From Methanofollis tationis (GTDB lineage Archaea; Halobacteriota; Methanomicrobia; Methanomicrobiales; Methanofollaceae): 32,000 bases of DNA. Under the pieces are notes generated by a model. It was given only the letters and a program-made list of their open reading frames with translations. It did no database searches and was not told the origin of the DNA. The DNA is taken from the NCBI RefSeq assembly GCF_013377755.1, contig NZ_JABXWR010000001.1, positions 227,104 to 259,103 on the forward strand. The letters are read 5' to 3'. The translations under genes and the position numbers were made by a program. Shown in pieces: positions 17,421-24,326 of the stretch; within the stretch, counting starts at the first letter, position 1; every line of letters starts with the position of its first letter.

Positions 17421-18471
17421 TGTCGCGGTCGTGATAAGTGCCGCAGTCAGGGCAGACCCACTCCCTCTCCGAGAGGGCAAGATCCCGCTTGAGATACCCA
17501 CAATTATTGCATATCTTCGAGGAGGGATCGAATCTCCCGATCTTCAGGAGCGTCTTCCCGTACTTCTGGCACTTGTACTCCAGCATCGCAAAGAACGAGC
17601 TCCACGAAACATCCCCTATCCCCTGCGCCAGATGATGGTTCTTCATCATACCACCAACATTCAGCGATTCCACTGCAATGGCTTGGTTCTCGCTCACGAC
17701 TCGAAAAGAGAGTTTGTGCAGGAAATCGTTTCTCTGATTGGCGATCCGTTCGTGGCACCGAGCAAGATTCTGGATCGCTTTCGCTCGGTTCTTTGATCCT
17801 TTGACCTTCCGAGATACTCGGCGTTGTAATACTTTCAGCCGAGCAAGAGAGTTCTTCAGATATCGTGGATTCTCGATCTTCTCTCCCATGGAGAGAGTTG
17901 CAAAGTCCTTTAGCCCGACATCGATCCCAATAGTTGTGTCCAGAGAGAACGGTGCAGGTTCAGGTTCGGGTTTCCCGTCGTCAACAAGGATGCTGACAAA
18001 CCATTTCCAGGTCGATGTTACGGAAACGGTGGCATACTTCATCTTCCCGGTGAAGACACGGTGGAAGACAGTCTTAACCTCACCGATCTTTGGAAATCTG
18101 ATCTTCCCCAGATCAAAGTCTACGCGATAATGTTGCGGTACCTGAAAGGACTGTACCGGATTCTTCTTTGACTTGAATCGAGGAAATCCTTTTTTCTCGC
18201 GGAAAAACCGGGTGAAGGCATTATCAAGATTCTTGTGTGAACTCTGGAGAGATTGAGCATTAACTTCTTTGAGCCACGGGTGCTCTTCCTTAAGCGCGGG
18301 AAGACGGGTGTTCAGGTCGAAGCAGGAGAGTTTTCGACCTTCCTGCTCATATGCCCGGATCTTCTGCTCCAGAGAATGATTGTAAACAAACCGGCAAGCA
18401 TGGATGTGCTTCATGAGGAGCGTAATCTGCTCCGGTGAAGGATACATCCGATACTTGTAGGCTTGAAGCAT
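17284..18471 (-). CDS. tnpB: TnpB (RNA-guided nuclease, OrfB_IS605 type)
   Basis: The N-terminus is MLQAYKYRMYPSPEQ. The C-terminus is CNNCGY...CPDCGTYHDRDINAANNI (zinc finger plus RuvC-III). The tracked ORF extends to 18552, but an AT-rich box at about 18487-18505 favours the ATG at 18471. Confidence 0.85.
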   Translation of the reverse strand: MLQAYKYRMYPSPEQITLLMKHIHACRFVYNHSLEQKIRAYEQEGRKLSCFDLNTRLPALKEEHPWLKEVNAQSLQSSHKNLDNAFTRFFREKKGFPRFKSKKNPVQSFQVPQHYRVDFDLGKIRFPKIGEVKTVFHRVFTGKMKYATVSVTSTWKWFVSILVDDGKPEPEPAPFSLDTTIGIDVGLKDFATLSMGEKIENPRYLKNSLARLKVLQRRVSRKVKGSKNRAKAIQNLARCHERIANQRNDFLHKLSFRVVSENQAIAVESLNVGGMMKNHHLAQGIGDVSWSSFFAMLEYKCQKYGKTLLKIGRFDPSSKICNNCGYLKRDLALSEREWVCPDCGTYHDRDINAANNIKTFALQEQNLFGVSGAERAAEPVDSPQKRENEAGSPAL

Positions 18472-18486
18472 ACGGGCAGTATTATG

Positions 18487-18505
18487 GATTATAATAAAAT
18501 ATAGT
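18487..18505 (-). promoter_or_regulatory. candidate TATA-like promoter of tnpB
   Basis: The minus strand reads ctatattttattataatcc, ending about 15 nt upstream of the ATG at 18471 (box centre about 25 nt upstream). Confidence 0.3.
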
Positions 18506-18602
18506 TTGTCGTAATAATTGGGATCATACCAGAAGGGCGGCTCCGCTTTCATCCCCGCACCTGTTGGCCGGGGTCTTCTCGCTCCACCCCCTTCACCCCC
18601 GC

Positions 18603-18812
18603 AAGATAAATTACGGTAAACGAACGTGCACTATGCATCCGGTAGATGGACCGGTTTTTGCCGGTATGGAGTCTCTCTTTGTCACCGCGAGAATGAGGAT
18701 AAGGGTTCTCCTTCAGGAGGTTCAGGGTGTCTTTGATGATCCGCTGGCTCTTTGGATCAAGGGAATTCAAAAACGCATAAGCCTCTTCATCCACACAAAC
18801 GCGAAAAACCAC
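18603..18812 (-). pseudogene. 5' part of a RelE-like toxin gene interrupted by the TnpB element
   Basis: MVFRVCVDEEAYAFLNSLDPKSQRIIKDTLNLLKENPYPHSRGDKERLH....IYRMHSARSFTVIY parallels the intact paralog at 19963-20268. After ...VIYL the ORF reads into IS left-end sequence. Confidence 0.65.
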
Positions 18813-18814
18813 AC

Positions 18815-19042
18815 TTACAGCTCCACGAACCTTTTGCGGGCCAGGACAGCCTCAACATCATCTTCGAGTTGCTGTTTTTTGGCATGCTCTACCAGATCGG
18901 CAATGATTTCGTCGAATGTTCTGTCCGGACCCTTGAGATCCGAGATGGCTTTATAGGTTCTTTCTGATACGGGGATGAACTCCGTAGCGGTCATCGAACC
19001 ATGGTAGGTGCTGATCCTACATAGTCCTTCTTTCAGTACCAT
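18815..19042 (-). CDS. RelB-like antitoxin partner of the interrupted RelE-like gene
   Basis: A 75-aa ORF ending 2 nt before the toxin start. FIPVSERTYKAISDLKGPDRTFDEIIADLV resembles the antitoxin at 20265-20522 (IPVKEYTGKSLHDLKEAGQSYDDLLSGMI). Confidence 0.55.
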   Translation of the reverse strand: MVLKEGLCRISTYHGSMTATEFIPVSERTYKAISDLKGPDRTFDEIIADLVEHAKKQQLEDDVEAVLARKRFVEL

Positions 19043-19226
19043 GGGAATGGCTTCCCGGTGCCGGGTTCATTTCATGTGGGAGCCAGCAGGTGCGGGGTAG
19101 GTGACGAAGGCCTCTGCATTGTGCGGACCGGGAAGGGACAGATGCCGCCTGGCCCCTCCCTGTAGCCTCGTGGGGCATGGTCACGGATACTCGTTGTCCC
19201 GGACCGCGTAGAAGGTGTTTGGACGT

Positions 19227-19482
19227 CTACAGCTGTACTGCCTCGCCCGGGTGCAGGTCCTGATCGAGGTCCTCATCGGCATAGTGCCGCGGGATCTTTC
19301 GTGCTCCAGGCAATGCCTCCCACTCCCACCGTTTCACCCCTGCAAGAGCGCATGCCTTCCCGGACGAGAGAATGCCGCGCTGGTAAAGTGCCAGGGCAGG
19401 CCCCTGCAGCCTGGACGGCATCGGGAGGAAGGCGGAGCGCCTGGACGATATCGTGAGGCACCATGATCGTGACGTCTGACAT
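19227..19482 (-). pseudogene. UPF0175-family antitoxin gene, frameshifted and fused to a PIN fragment
   Basis: The N-terminal MSDVTIMVPHDIVQALRLPPDAV and the C-terminal ALALYQRGILSSGKACALAGV.RWEWEAL...KIPRHYADEDLDQD are in different frames (starts 61 nt apart). The 3' end reads DLHPGE, which matches the PIN gene interior. Confidence 0.6.
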
Positions 19483-19572
19483 ACTGCTTCACCTGATAAA
19501 TAGGGATGGGACGGAGATCATAGAATAGTGGTGCTGGTGCTGAATGACCCTCTCTGGTGAGGGGGATAGATT

Positions 19573-19845
19573 GGGTTGAATACGCCCGTATCGTCCCCGG
19601 ATCCGGCGATAGAGCGGGTTGAATACGCCCGTATCGTCCCCGGATCCGGGGATAGACCGGCCAATCACGGCCAGTGTCGCCGGGATCCAGAGCTCCGGCC
19701 ACGCCGGGCGGCATTCGAAAAACCCACGAAATACCGCCGCCTCTCCTGCCATGCTGGCGGCCAGTATGATTGGCAGTAATGGGTCTCCCTTCAAAACCCC
19801 GCATACGGCAGGTGAGGAGACGTGAGTCCGGGTGGAAATCCCCGG
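19573..19845. repeat. novel non-coding repeat family, copy B (includes a 43-bp tandem duplication of its left end)
   Basis: It has the same ordered conserved blocks. 19573-19615 and 19616-19658 are near-identical 43-mers. It lies 117 nt past the RelE-like stop at 19963. Confidence 0.8.
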
Positions 19846-19962
19846 AGTCCTGGCAATGTCCTGAATTTTCTGGCTATGTACGGGGCTAACGCCGTGCAGG
19901 GAACAAAAAAGACGGCTGATCCGGGTCCTGCGGGCGCACACCGTACGGAGGGCCCGGGAGTC

Positions 19963-20268
19963 TCAACCCGATCTGCGTGAATACTCTTTATGGGCCCGCT
20001 CGATCGTTGTGATCGTCTCGATTTTCACGATCTGTTCATTGTCATCGATGATAGAGAACACGGCAAAAGACCTGCTTACATGAAGGCGATACACCGCAGG
20101 AGGATGAGGGTAATCGAGTTTTTCCTTGTTCCCCCCCGGATAGGGGTCATCTCTCAGGTCCAGAATCTTTTCAACGACTATGCGCCGGCTTTTCCCGGGC
20201 AGCTTCTTTAAAAATTCTTCAGCTTTCCTTTCGATAACAAGAGTGAACACGCTTCTCCCACGCCTCAA
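19963..20268 (-). CDS. RelE/ParE-superfamily toxin (archaeal RelE-like)
   Basis: VFTLVIERKAEEFLKKLPGKSRRIVVEKILDLRDDPYP...KEKL....AVYRLHVSRSFAVFSIIDDNEQIVKIETI has typical RelE architecture. The start is TTG at 20268 or, more likely, GTG at 20250. Confidence 0.7.
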   Translation of the reverse strand: MRRGRSVFTLVIERKAEEFLKKLPGKSRRIVVEKILDLRDDPYPGGNKEKLDYPHPPAVYRLHVSRSFAVFSIIDDNEQIVKIETITTIERAHKEYSRRSG

Positions 20269-20522
20269 TCGTCCTTCATGATCGCTTCCGGGTCAAAGGC
20301 GACGAACTCGCCCTCCCTGTCGATATCAACGATCATCTGCCAGTCCCGATAGTCCCGCTCGCGCCGGATCATCCCGGAGAGCAGGTCATCATAGCTCTGT
20401 CCGGCTTCTTTCAGGTCGTGCAGACTCTTCCCGGTGTACTCTTTCACGGGAATGCGCTTGATCTGAAGGCCGCCGGTCTCACTCGTGCTGGGGGATATAC
20501 GGGGTGATCGATCGTGAGCCAC
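20265..20522 (-). CDS. RelB-like antitoxin
   Basis: A small ORF immediately upstream of the toxin, overlapping it, and related to 18815-19042. The true start may be internal. Confidence 0.5.
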   Translation of the reverse strand: MAHDRSPRISPSTSETGGLQIKRIPVKEYTGKSLHDLKEAGQSYDDLLSGMIRRERDYRDWQMIVDIDREGEFVAFDPEAIMKDD

Positions 20523-20524
20523 AA

Positions 20525-20950
20525 TTATTGGTCGGACAAACGCCGTTCCTGGAGATGTTCCTGTATGGCAGCAAAAAATTCTCTGAGAGCAGCGAGATCC
20601 TGGTGGAGGATTGCATAAACCTGTTCGAGGTCAAGATCCCAGTAGATATGGACCAGGACATTACGGAATCCTGCCAGAGCTGAAAGGTCTCGGGTGAGCT
20701 GTTCGGGAAGGATCCCGCTTTCCCCGAGGATCTCAAATGTTTCCCGGTAACTTGCCGGTCTCCGCAATCGCTCTTCTGCGATCAGATCGGTCGCAATATC
20801 AATCGCCGACTGGATCCCGACCATCATCGCATGAAAAACCATGTTCCGGGTATCCCGATCGGAAAAAAACTGCTCCCGGGAGATGCATTGATACCGCTCC
20901 CAGTCTCCAATTGCGTCCTGCAGCTCCCGCATGTGATGAAGAATTCTCAT
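20525..20950 (-). CDS. HEPN-domain toxin (DUF86/HepT-like)
   Basis: A 141-aa ORF. GFRNVLVHIYWDLD contains the Rx4-6H HEPN motif. It has a 4-nt overlap with the upstream nucleotidyltransferase gene. Confidence 0.7.
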   Translation of the reverse strand: MRILHHMRELQDAIGDWERYQCISREQFFSDRDTRNMVFHAMMVGIQSAIDIATDLIAEERLRRPASYRETFEILGESGILPEQLTRDLSALAGFRNVLVHIYWDLDLEQVYAILHQDLAALREFFAAIQEHLQERRLSDQ

Positions 20951-21384
20951 CGTACCTCCGATGCAAGAAGGGCCCTGTCCATCCTGTCGTAGAGAGGCTT
21001 GAGATCGAGGTACTTCGCCATGACATCGGCCTCAAATGCGATCCGCAGCCCCTCATCCCGGGCAAAGACCACGTTTCCTGTCCTCACCACCTCGTACTGA
21101 AACTCCACAGGTGCATTGTTGAGGATCCGAAGGTCCACATCAAACCTCGGGGTGATGCACCGCTCCAGGTCTGATGCGATCGTCATGGAGTACTTGAAGA
21201 GTTCATGGGGTTTCCTCTCCCTGGAAAGGAGGATCCCTATATCGATGTCATGAAAGTCGTTCCGCACCAGGAACGAACCATAGAGGTAACCGAGCAGGAG
21301 ATCCTCGAAACCTGACAGGCACCGGCTGATCTCTTTGATCATCCGTTCTTTATCGATATCGTTTCCATCTCGCCCTGGAGACAT
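20947..21384 (-). CDS. minimal nucleotidyltransferase antitoxin (MNT/MntA-like)
   Basis: LLGYLYGSFLVRNDFHDIDIGILL fits the GSx10-ish DxD nucleotidyltransferase motif. It is paired with the HEPN gene. Confidence 0.7.
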   Translation of the reverse strand: MSPGRDGNDIDKERMIKEISRCLSGFEDLLLGYLYGSFLVRNDFHDIDIGILLSRERKPHELFKYSMTIASDLERCITPRFDVDLRILNNAPVEFQYEVVRTGNVVFARDEGLRIAFEADVMAKYLDLKPLYDRMDRALLASEVR

Positions 21385-21391
21385 GATTGTT

Positions 21392-21580
21392 TCAACCTGA
21401 TACTAGGGTTGGGTGAAGGTAGGATAAAGCTAGCGTTGCACTGAATGCTCTGTTATAGATGGGCCCTCGTCCACGACCTCGCGCCAGACTGCAGGCGGGA
21501 TGCAGACCGATGAAAAGCGTTGGGGTCAGGTGACGAGGAGAATGGATCAGCGGCGAGGAATTACTGACCGCCCGCGGCAT
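21392..21580 (-). pseudogene. PIN-like (DUF3368-type) toxin gene N-terminal remnant, frameshifted and truncated
   Basis: MPRAVSNSSPLIH... is in one frame and FSSVCIPPAVWREVVDEG in another. The gene ends where the MNT cassette begins. Confidence 0.5.
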
Positions 21581-21814
21581 AGGCTTTTGTCCTGATCGAG
21601 GTCCTCATCGGCATAGTGCCGCGGGATCTTTCGTGCTCCAGGCAATGCCTCCCACTCCCGGCGGTTCATCCCTGCGAGACTACACGCTTTCCCGGACGAG
21701 AGAATGCCGCGCTGGTAGAGTGCCAGGGCAGGCCCCTGCGGCCTGGACGGCATCGGGAGGAAGGCGGAGCGCCTGGACGATATCGTGAGGCACCATGATC
21801 GTGACGTCTGACAT
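21547..21814 (-). pseudogene. UPF0175-family antitoxin gene, same frameshift as the copy at 19227-19482
   Basis: The MSDVTIMVPHDIVQALRLPPDAV frame and the ALALYQRGILSSGKACSLAGMNRREWEAL...RHYADEDLDQD frame differ. Confidence 0.6.
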
Positions 21815-21895
21815 ACCGTACGATAGGGATGGGACGGAGATCATAGAATAGTGGTGCTGGTGCTGAATGACCCTCTCTGGTGAGGGGGATAGATT

Positions 21896-22125
21896 GGGTT
21901 GAATACGCCCGTATCGTCCCCGGATCCGGGGATCGCCCGGCCAATCACGGCCAGTGCCGCCGGGATCCGCCGATCCCGGCCCCACAGGCGTCATTCGAGA
22001 AACCCCCGAAATACCGCCGCCTCTCCTGCTCCGCTGGCGGCCAGTATGATTGGTAGTAATGGGTCTCCCTTCAAAACCCCGCATACGGCAGGTGAGGAGA
22101 CGTGAGTCCGGGTGGAAATCCCCGG
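21896..22125. repeat. novel non-coding repeat family, copy C
   Basis: Closest to copy B. It lies 117 nt past the RelE-like stop at 22243 and contains a 9-bp-stem hairpin gccgggatc-cgcc-gatcccggc. Confidence 0.8.
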
Positions 22126-22242
22126 AGTCCTGGCAATGTCCTGAATTTTCTGGTTATGTACGGGGCTAACGCCGTGCAGGGAACAAAAAAGACGGCTGAT
22201 CCGGGTCCTGCGGGCGCACACCGTACGGAGGGCCCGGGAGTC

Positions 22243-22548
22243 TCAACCCGATCTGCGTGAATACTCTTTATGGGCCCGCTCGATCGTTGTGATCGTCTCG
22301 ATTTTCACGATCTGTTCATTGTCATCGATGATAGAGAACACGGCAAAAGACCTGCTTACATGAAGGCGATACACCGCAGGAGGATGAGGGTAATCGAGTT
22401 TTTCCTTGTTCCCCCCCGGATAGGGGTCATCTCTCAGGTCCAGAATCTTTTCAACGACTATGCGCCGGCTTTTCCCGGGCAGCTTCTTTAAAAATTCTTC
22501 AGCTTTCCTTTCGATAACAAGAGTGAACACGCTTCTCCCACGCCTCAA
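22243..22548 (-). CDS. RelE/ParE-superfamily toxin, duplicate of 19963-20268
   Basis: The predicted protein is identical to the first copy. Confidence 0.7.
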   Translation of the reverse strand: MRRGRSVFTLVIERKAEEFLKKLPGKSRRIVVEKILDLRDDPYPGGNKEKLDYPHPPAVYRLHVSRSFAVFSIIDDNEQIVKIETITTIERAHKEYSRRSG

Positions 22549-22650
22549 TCGTCCTTCATGATCTCTTCCGGGTCAAAGGCGACGAACCCGCCCTCCCTGT
22601 CGATACCAGCGATCGTCTGCCAGTCCCGCTCGCACCGGCTCGCCATGACG
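22545..22650 (-). pseudogene. 3' remnant of the RelB-like antitoxin gene (the cognate antitoxin of the duplicate toxin is truncated)
   Basis: It aligns to the 3' end of 20265-20522 with a 9-nt deletion. It diverges after ...cgccatgac, the same junction motif seen in the chimera at 29564-30028. Confidence 0.6.
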
Positions 22651-22957
22651 ACTCCCCTACCTCAGCCGCGTGATCCTCACGTTTGAACAATTGTCCTGAT
22701 CTGATCGAGCATAACCCCTGCCGATCTCACCACATCCCGGGCATCCCTTTCCGGGTACACGCACCCATCATCCGCGCCCTCACAGTGCGCATCGCAAAGG
22801 TGAAATCTTCATGTATTGATGGGGGCAGAATTTTTTCATCGATATTCTCTCTTTTGCTACCCTCTTTTGTGGTGCAGACAGGGTCTGGAGAGCGCTTCGC
22901 CTGGTGAAGTGCAGATCCGGAGAAACTATTTATGTCCGCCCTACAGAGTGAAAATGA

Positions 22958-23581
22958 ATGAAACGATTTGTGGCCACTGCACGGGGGCGTGTCCAGCGGG
23001 TCAGCTATCGGGAGCATGTGTACAACGAGACATTTGAACGGAATATCTCGGGGTACGTGATGAATCTCAAGAACGGGGAGGTCGAGATCGTCGCAGAGGG
23101 GAGCGAGAAGGACCTCCGGGACTTCATCAACGAGATCAATATCATACGAAGACCCATTGCAGTCAAATCGTTCACCGTCAGATGGGAAGAAGCCACAGGA
23201 GAGTACGCCGATTTTGAGATCATCCGGGGAGACATCCAGGAGGAGACATTCGAGCGGATGGATTACGCCGGGAATGTACTGCACAGCATGGATATGAAAT
23301 TAGACCAGAGCCTCCAGTTACAGCGCACGATGCTGGACAAGCAGGACCAGATGCTGGACAAGCAGGACCAGATGCTGGACAAACAGGACCAGATGCTGGA
23401 CAAGCAGGACCAGATGCTGGACAAACAGGACCAGAGCCTCCAGATCGGCAGAGAGACGAAAGAAGAGATTGTAGGGCTCCGGAGCGATACCAGGAAGCAT
23501 CTTGATGACGAGTTTGGGGAGATCCGAAAGGAGCTCGTCTCCATCAAGGAAGCGCTTGCCCGGGCAGGCATCCAGGTCTGA
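22958..23581 (+). CDS. acylphosphatase-like domain fused to a C-terminal heptad-repeat (coiled-coil) tail
   Basis: The N-terminal roughly 90 aa (ARGRVQRVSYREHV...GYVMNLKNGEVEIVAEGSEKDLRDFINEI) resemble the acylphosphatase fold signature VxGxVQGVxFR...GWVxNxxDGxVE. The C-terminus carries five MLDKQDQ units. Confidence 0.6.
   Translation: MKRFVATARGRVQRVSYREHVYNETFERNISGYVMNLKNGEVEIVAEGSEKDLRDFINEINIIRRPIAVKSFTVRWEEATGEYADFEIIRGDIQEETFERMDYAGNVLHSMDMKLDQSLQLQRTMLDKQDQMLDKQDQMLDKQDQMLDKQDQMLDKQDQSLQIGRETKEEIVGLRSDTRKHLDDEFGEIRKELVSIKEALARAGIQV
23330..23434 (+). repeat. perfect in-frame tandem repeat, 21 bp x 5 (atgctggacaa[ag]caggaccag)
   Basis: Read directly. The units differ only by a synonymous aag/aaa change. 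The motif gaccagagcctccag flanks both sides. Confidence 0.95.
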
Positions 23582-23677
23582 TTTACTCTCTCCATCCCGC
23601 GCCAACTGCCCGGGTCATGCGTGCGGTCGTCCTGAGGGTGAGGTTGCGTTCGACGTCCTGATCCCGCTCTCCTCGTT

Positions 23678-23882
23678 CATCGAGAAAATACGCCCATATC
23701 TCCCCTTGATCGGGGGATCGCCCGGCCAATCCCGGCCCTGTGGGCGGCATCGGCAAAAACCCCGAAATACCGCCCCCTCTCCTGCCAGCATGGCGGCACG
23801 TATGATTGTTGGTAATACAAACCCCTTCAACCCCTCGCATACGGCCGGGGAGGGGAAGGGAGTCGAAGTGGGAATCGGGCGA
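23678..23882. repeat. novel non-coding repeat family, copy D (central hairpin segment deleted)
   Basis: It has the same ordered blocks. The palindrome is altered to tcccc-ttgatc-gggga, so the stem is kept and the loop changed. It lies 195 nt past the RelE-like stop at 24078. Confidence 0.8.
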
Positions 23883-23917
23883 ATTCCGGGCAGAAAGGTA
23901 GATTTGCGCGTCTTATT

Positions 23918-23954
23918 GTGAACTGCCCCGCCCAACAGGCGCGGGATAGTTCAC
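23918..23954 (-). other. solo IS200/IS605 right-end-like hairpin motif
   Basis: The minus strand reads gtgaactatcccgcgcctgttgggcggggcagttcac, that is a hairpin followed by cagttcac. This parallels the TnpB element terminus ccccgccctttagggcgaggtagttcac. No tnpB lies adjacent. Confidence 0.45.
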
Positions 23955-24077
23955 TCAGTCCAGAAGCATGCGGGGCTACAGGTGCCTGGCAAAATCGTCA
24001 GGATCGATCCTCGCCAGTTTCAGAACGCCGCGAAGGGTGCCGGTCTTCAAAGAGCTCTGGCAAAGGATCGTCAGGCG

Positions 24078-24326
24078 TTACTGTTCATCCTTATGATACA
24101 GATCCAGAAAGACCAGCAGATCCCTCTGCTGATCATAGCAATACGATAACCGGAATGGGGGGATATATACCTCCCTCGTCTGCTTTCTGCCGTACCTCAT
24201 TGGCTTTCCGATCGCCGGATCATTGATGATCCTGATGATCTGCTGCTTCACCCGGTTCTTCGTCGTGCGATCACGGATCTTTTTGATCGTTTTCTTAAAG
24301 GACGCATCGTAGGCAACAGTCACCAT
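24078..24326 (-). CDS. RelE/ParE-family toxin (YafQ/RelE-like)
   Basis: An 82-aa ORF with YDASFKKTIKKI...RVKQQIIRIINDP..GKPM......REVYIPPFRLSYCYD...LLVFLDLYHKDEQ. It overlaps the upstream antitoxin by 7 nt. Confidence 0.65.
   Translation of the reverse strand: MVTVAYDASFKKTIKKIRDRTTKNRVKQQIIRIINDPAIGKPMRYGRKQTREVYIPPFRLSYCYDQQRDLLVFLDLYHKDEQ

Larger units (their letters stand above)
17266..18602 (-). mobile_element. IS200/IS605-family TnpB-only element (IS1341-like); boundaries within a few nt
   Basis: The boundaries were inferred by rejoining the two halves of the interrupted RelE-like gene. There is no target duplication, as expected for this family. A terminal hairpin cgccc-taaa-gggcg is followed by ggtagttcac on the element strand. 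Confidence 0.7.

Noticed and set aside
19334-19804. ORFs crossing the repeat copies (19334-19804, 19489-19941, 21680-22084, 23583-23935, 26674-27567, 15132-15405) that give superficially similar peptides (RGFEGRPIT.NHTGRQ..RRGGGIS...).
   Set aside because: The similarity simply reflects nucleotide conservation. Single-nucleotide indels between copies shift the frame, the composition is Arg/Gly/Pro-biased, and starts and stops are not conserved.
19811-19845. gtgaggagacgtgagtccgggtggaaatcc resembles the RNase P RNA CR-I core (gaggaaagtccggg).
   Set aside because: The match is short and lies within a multi-copy repeat. The motif is not conserved in copies A, D and E, and no other RNase P conserved regions lie nearby.
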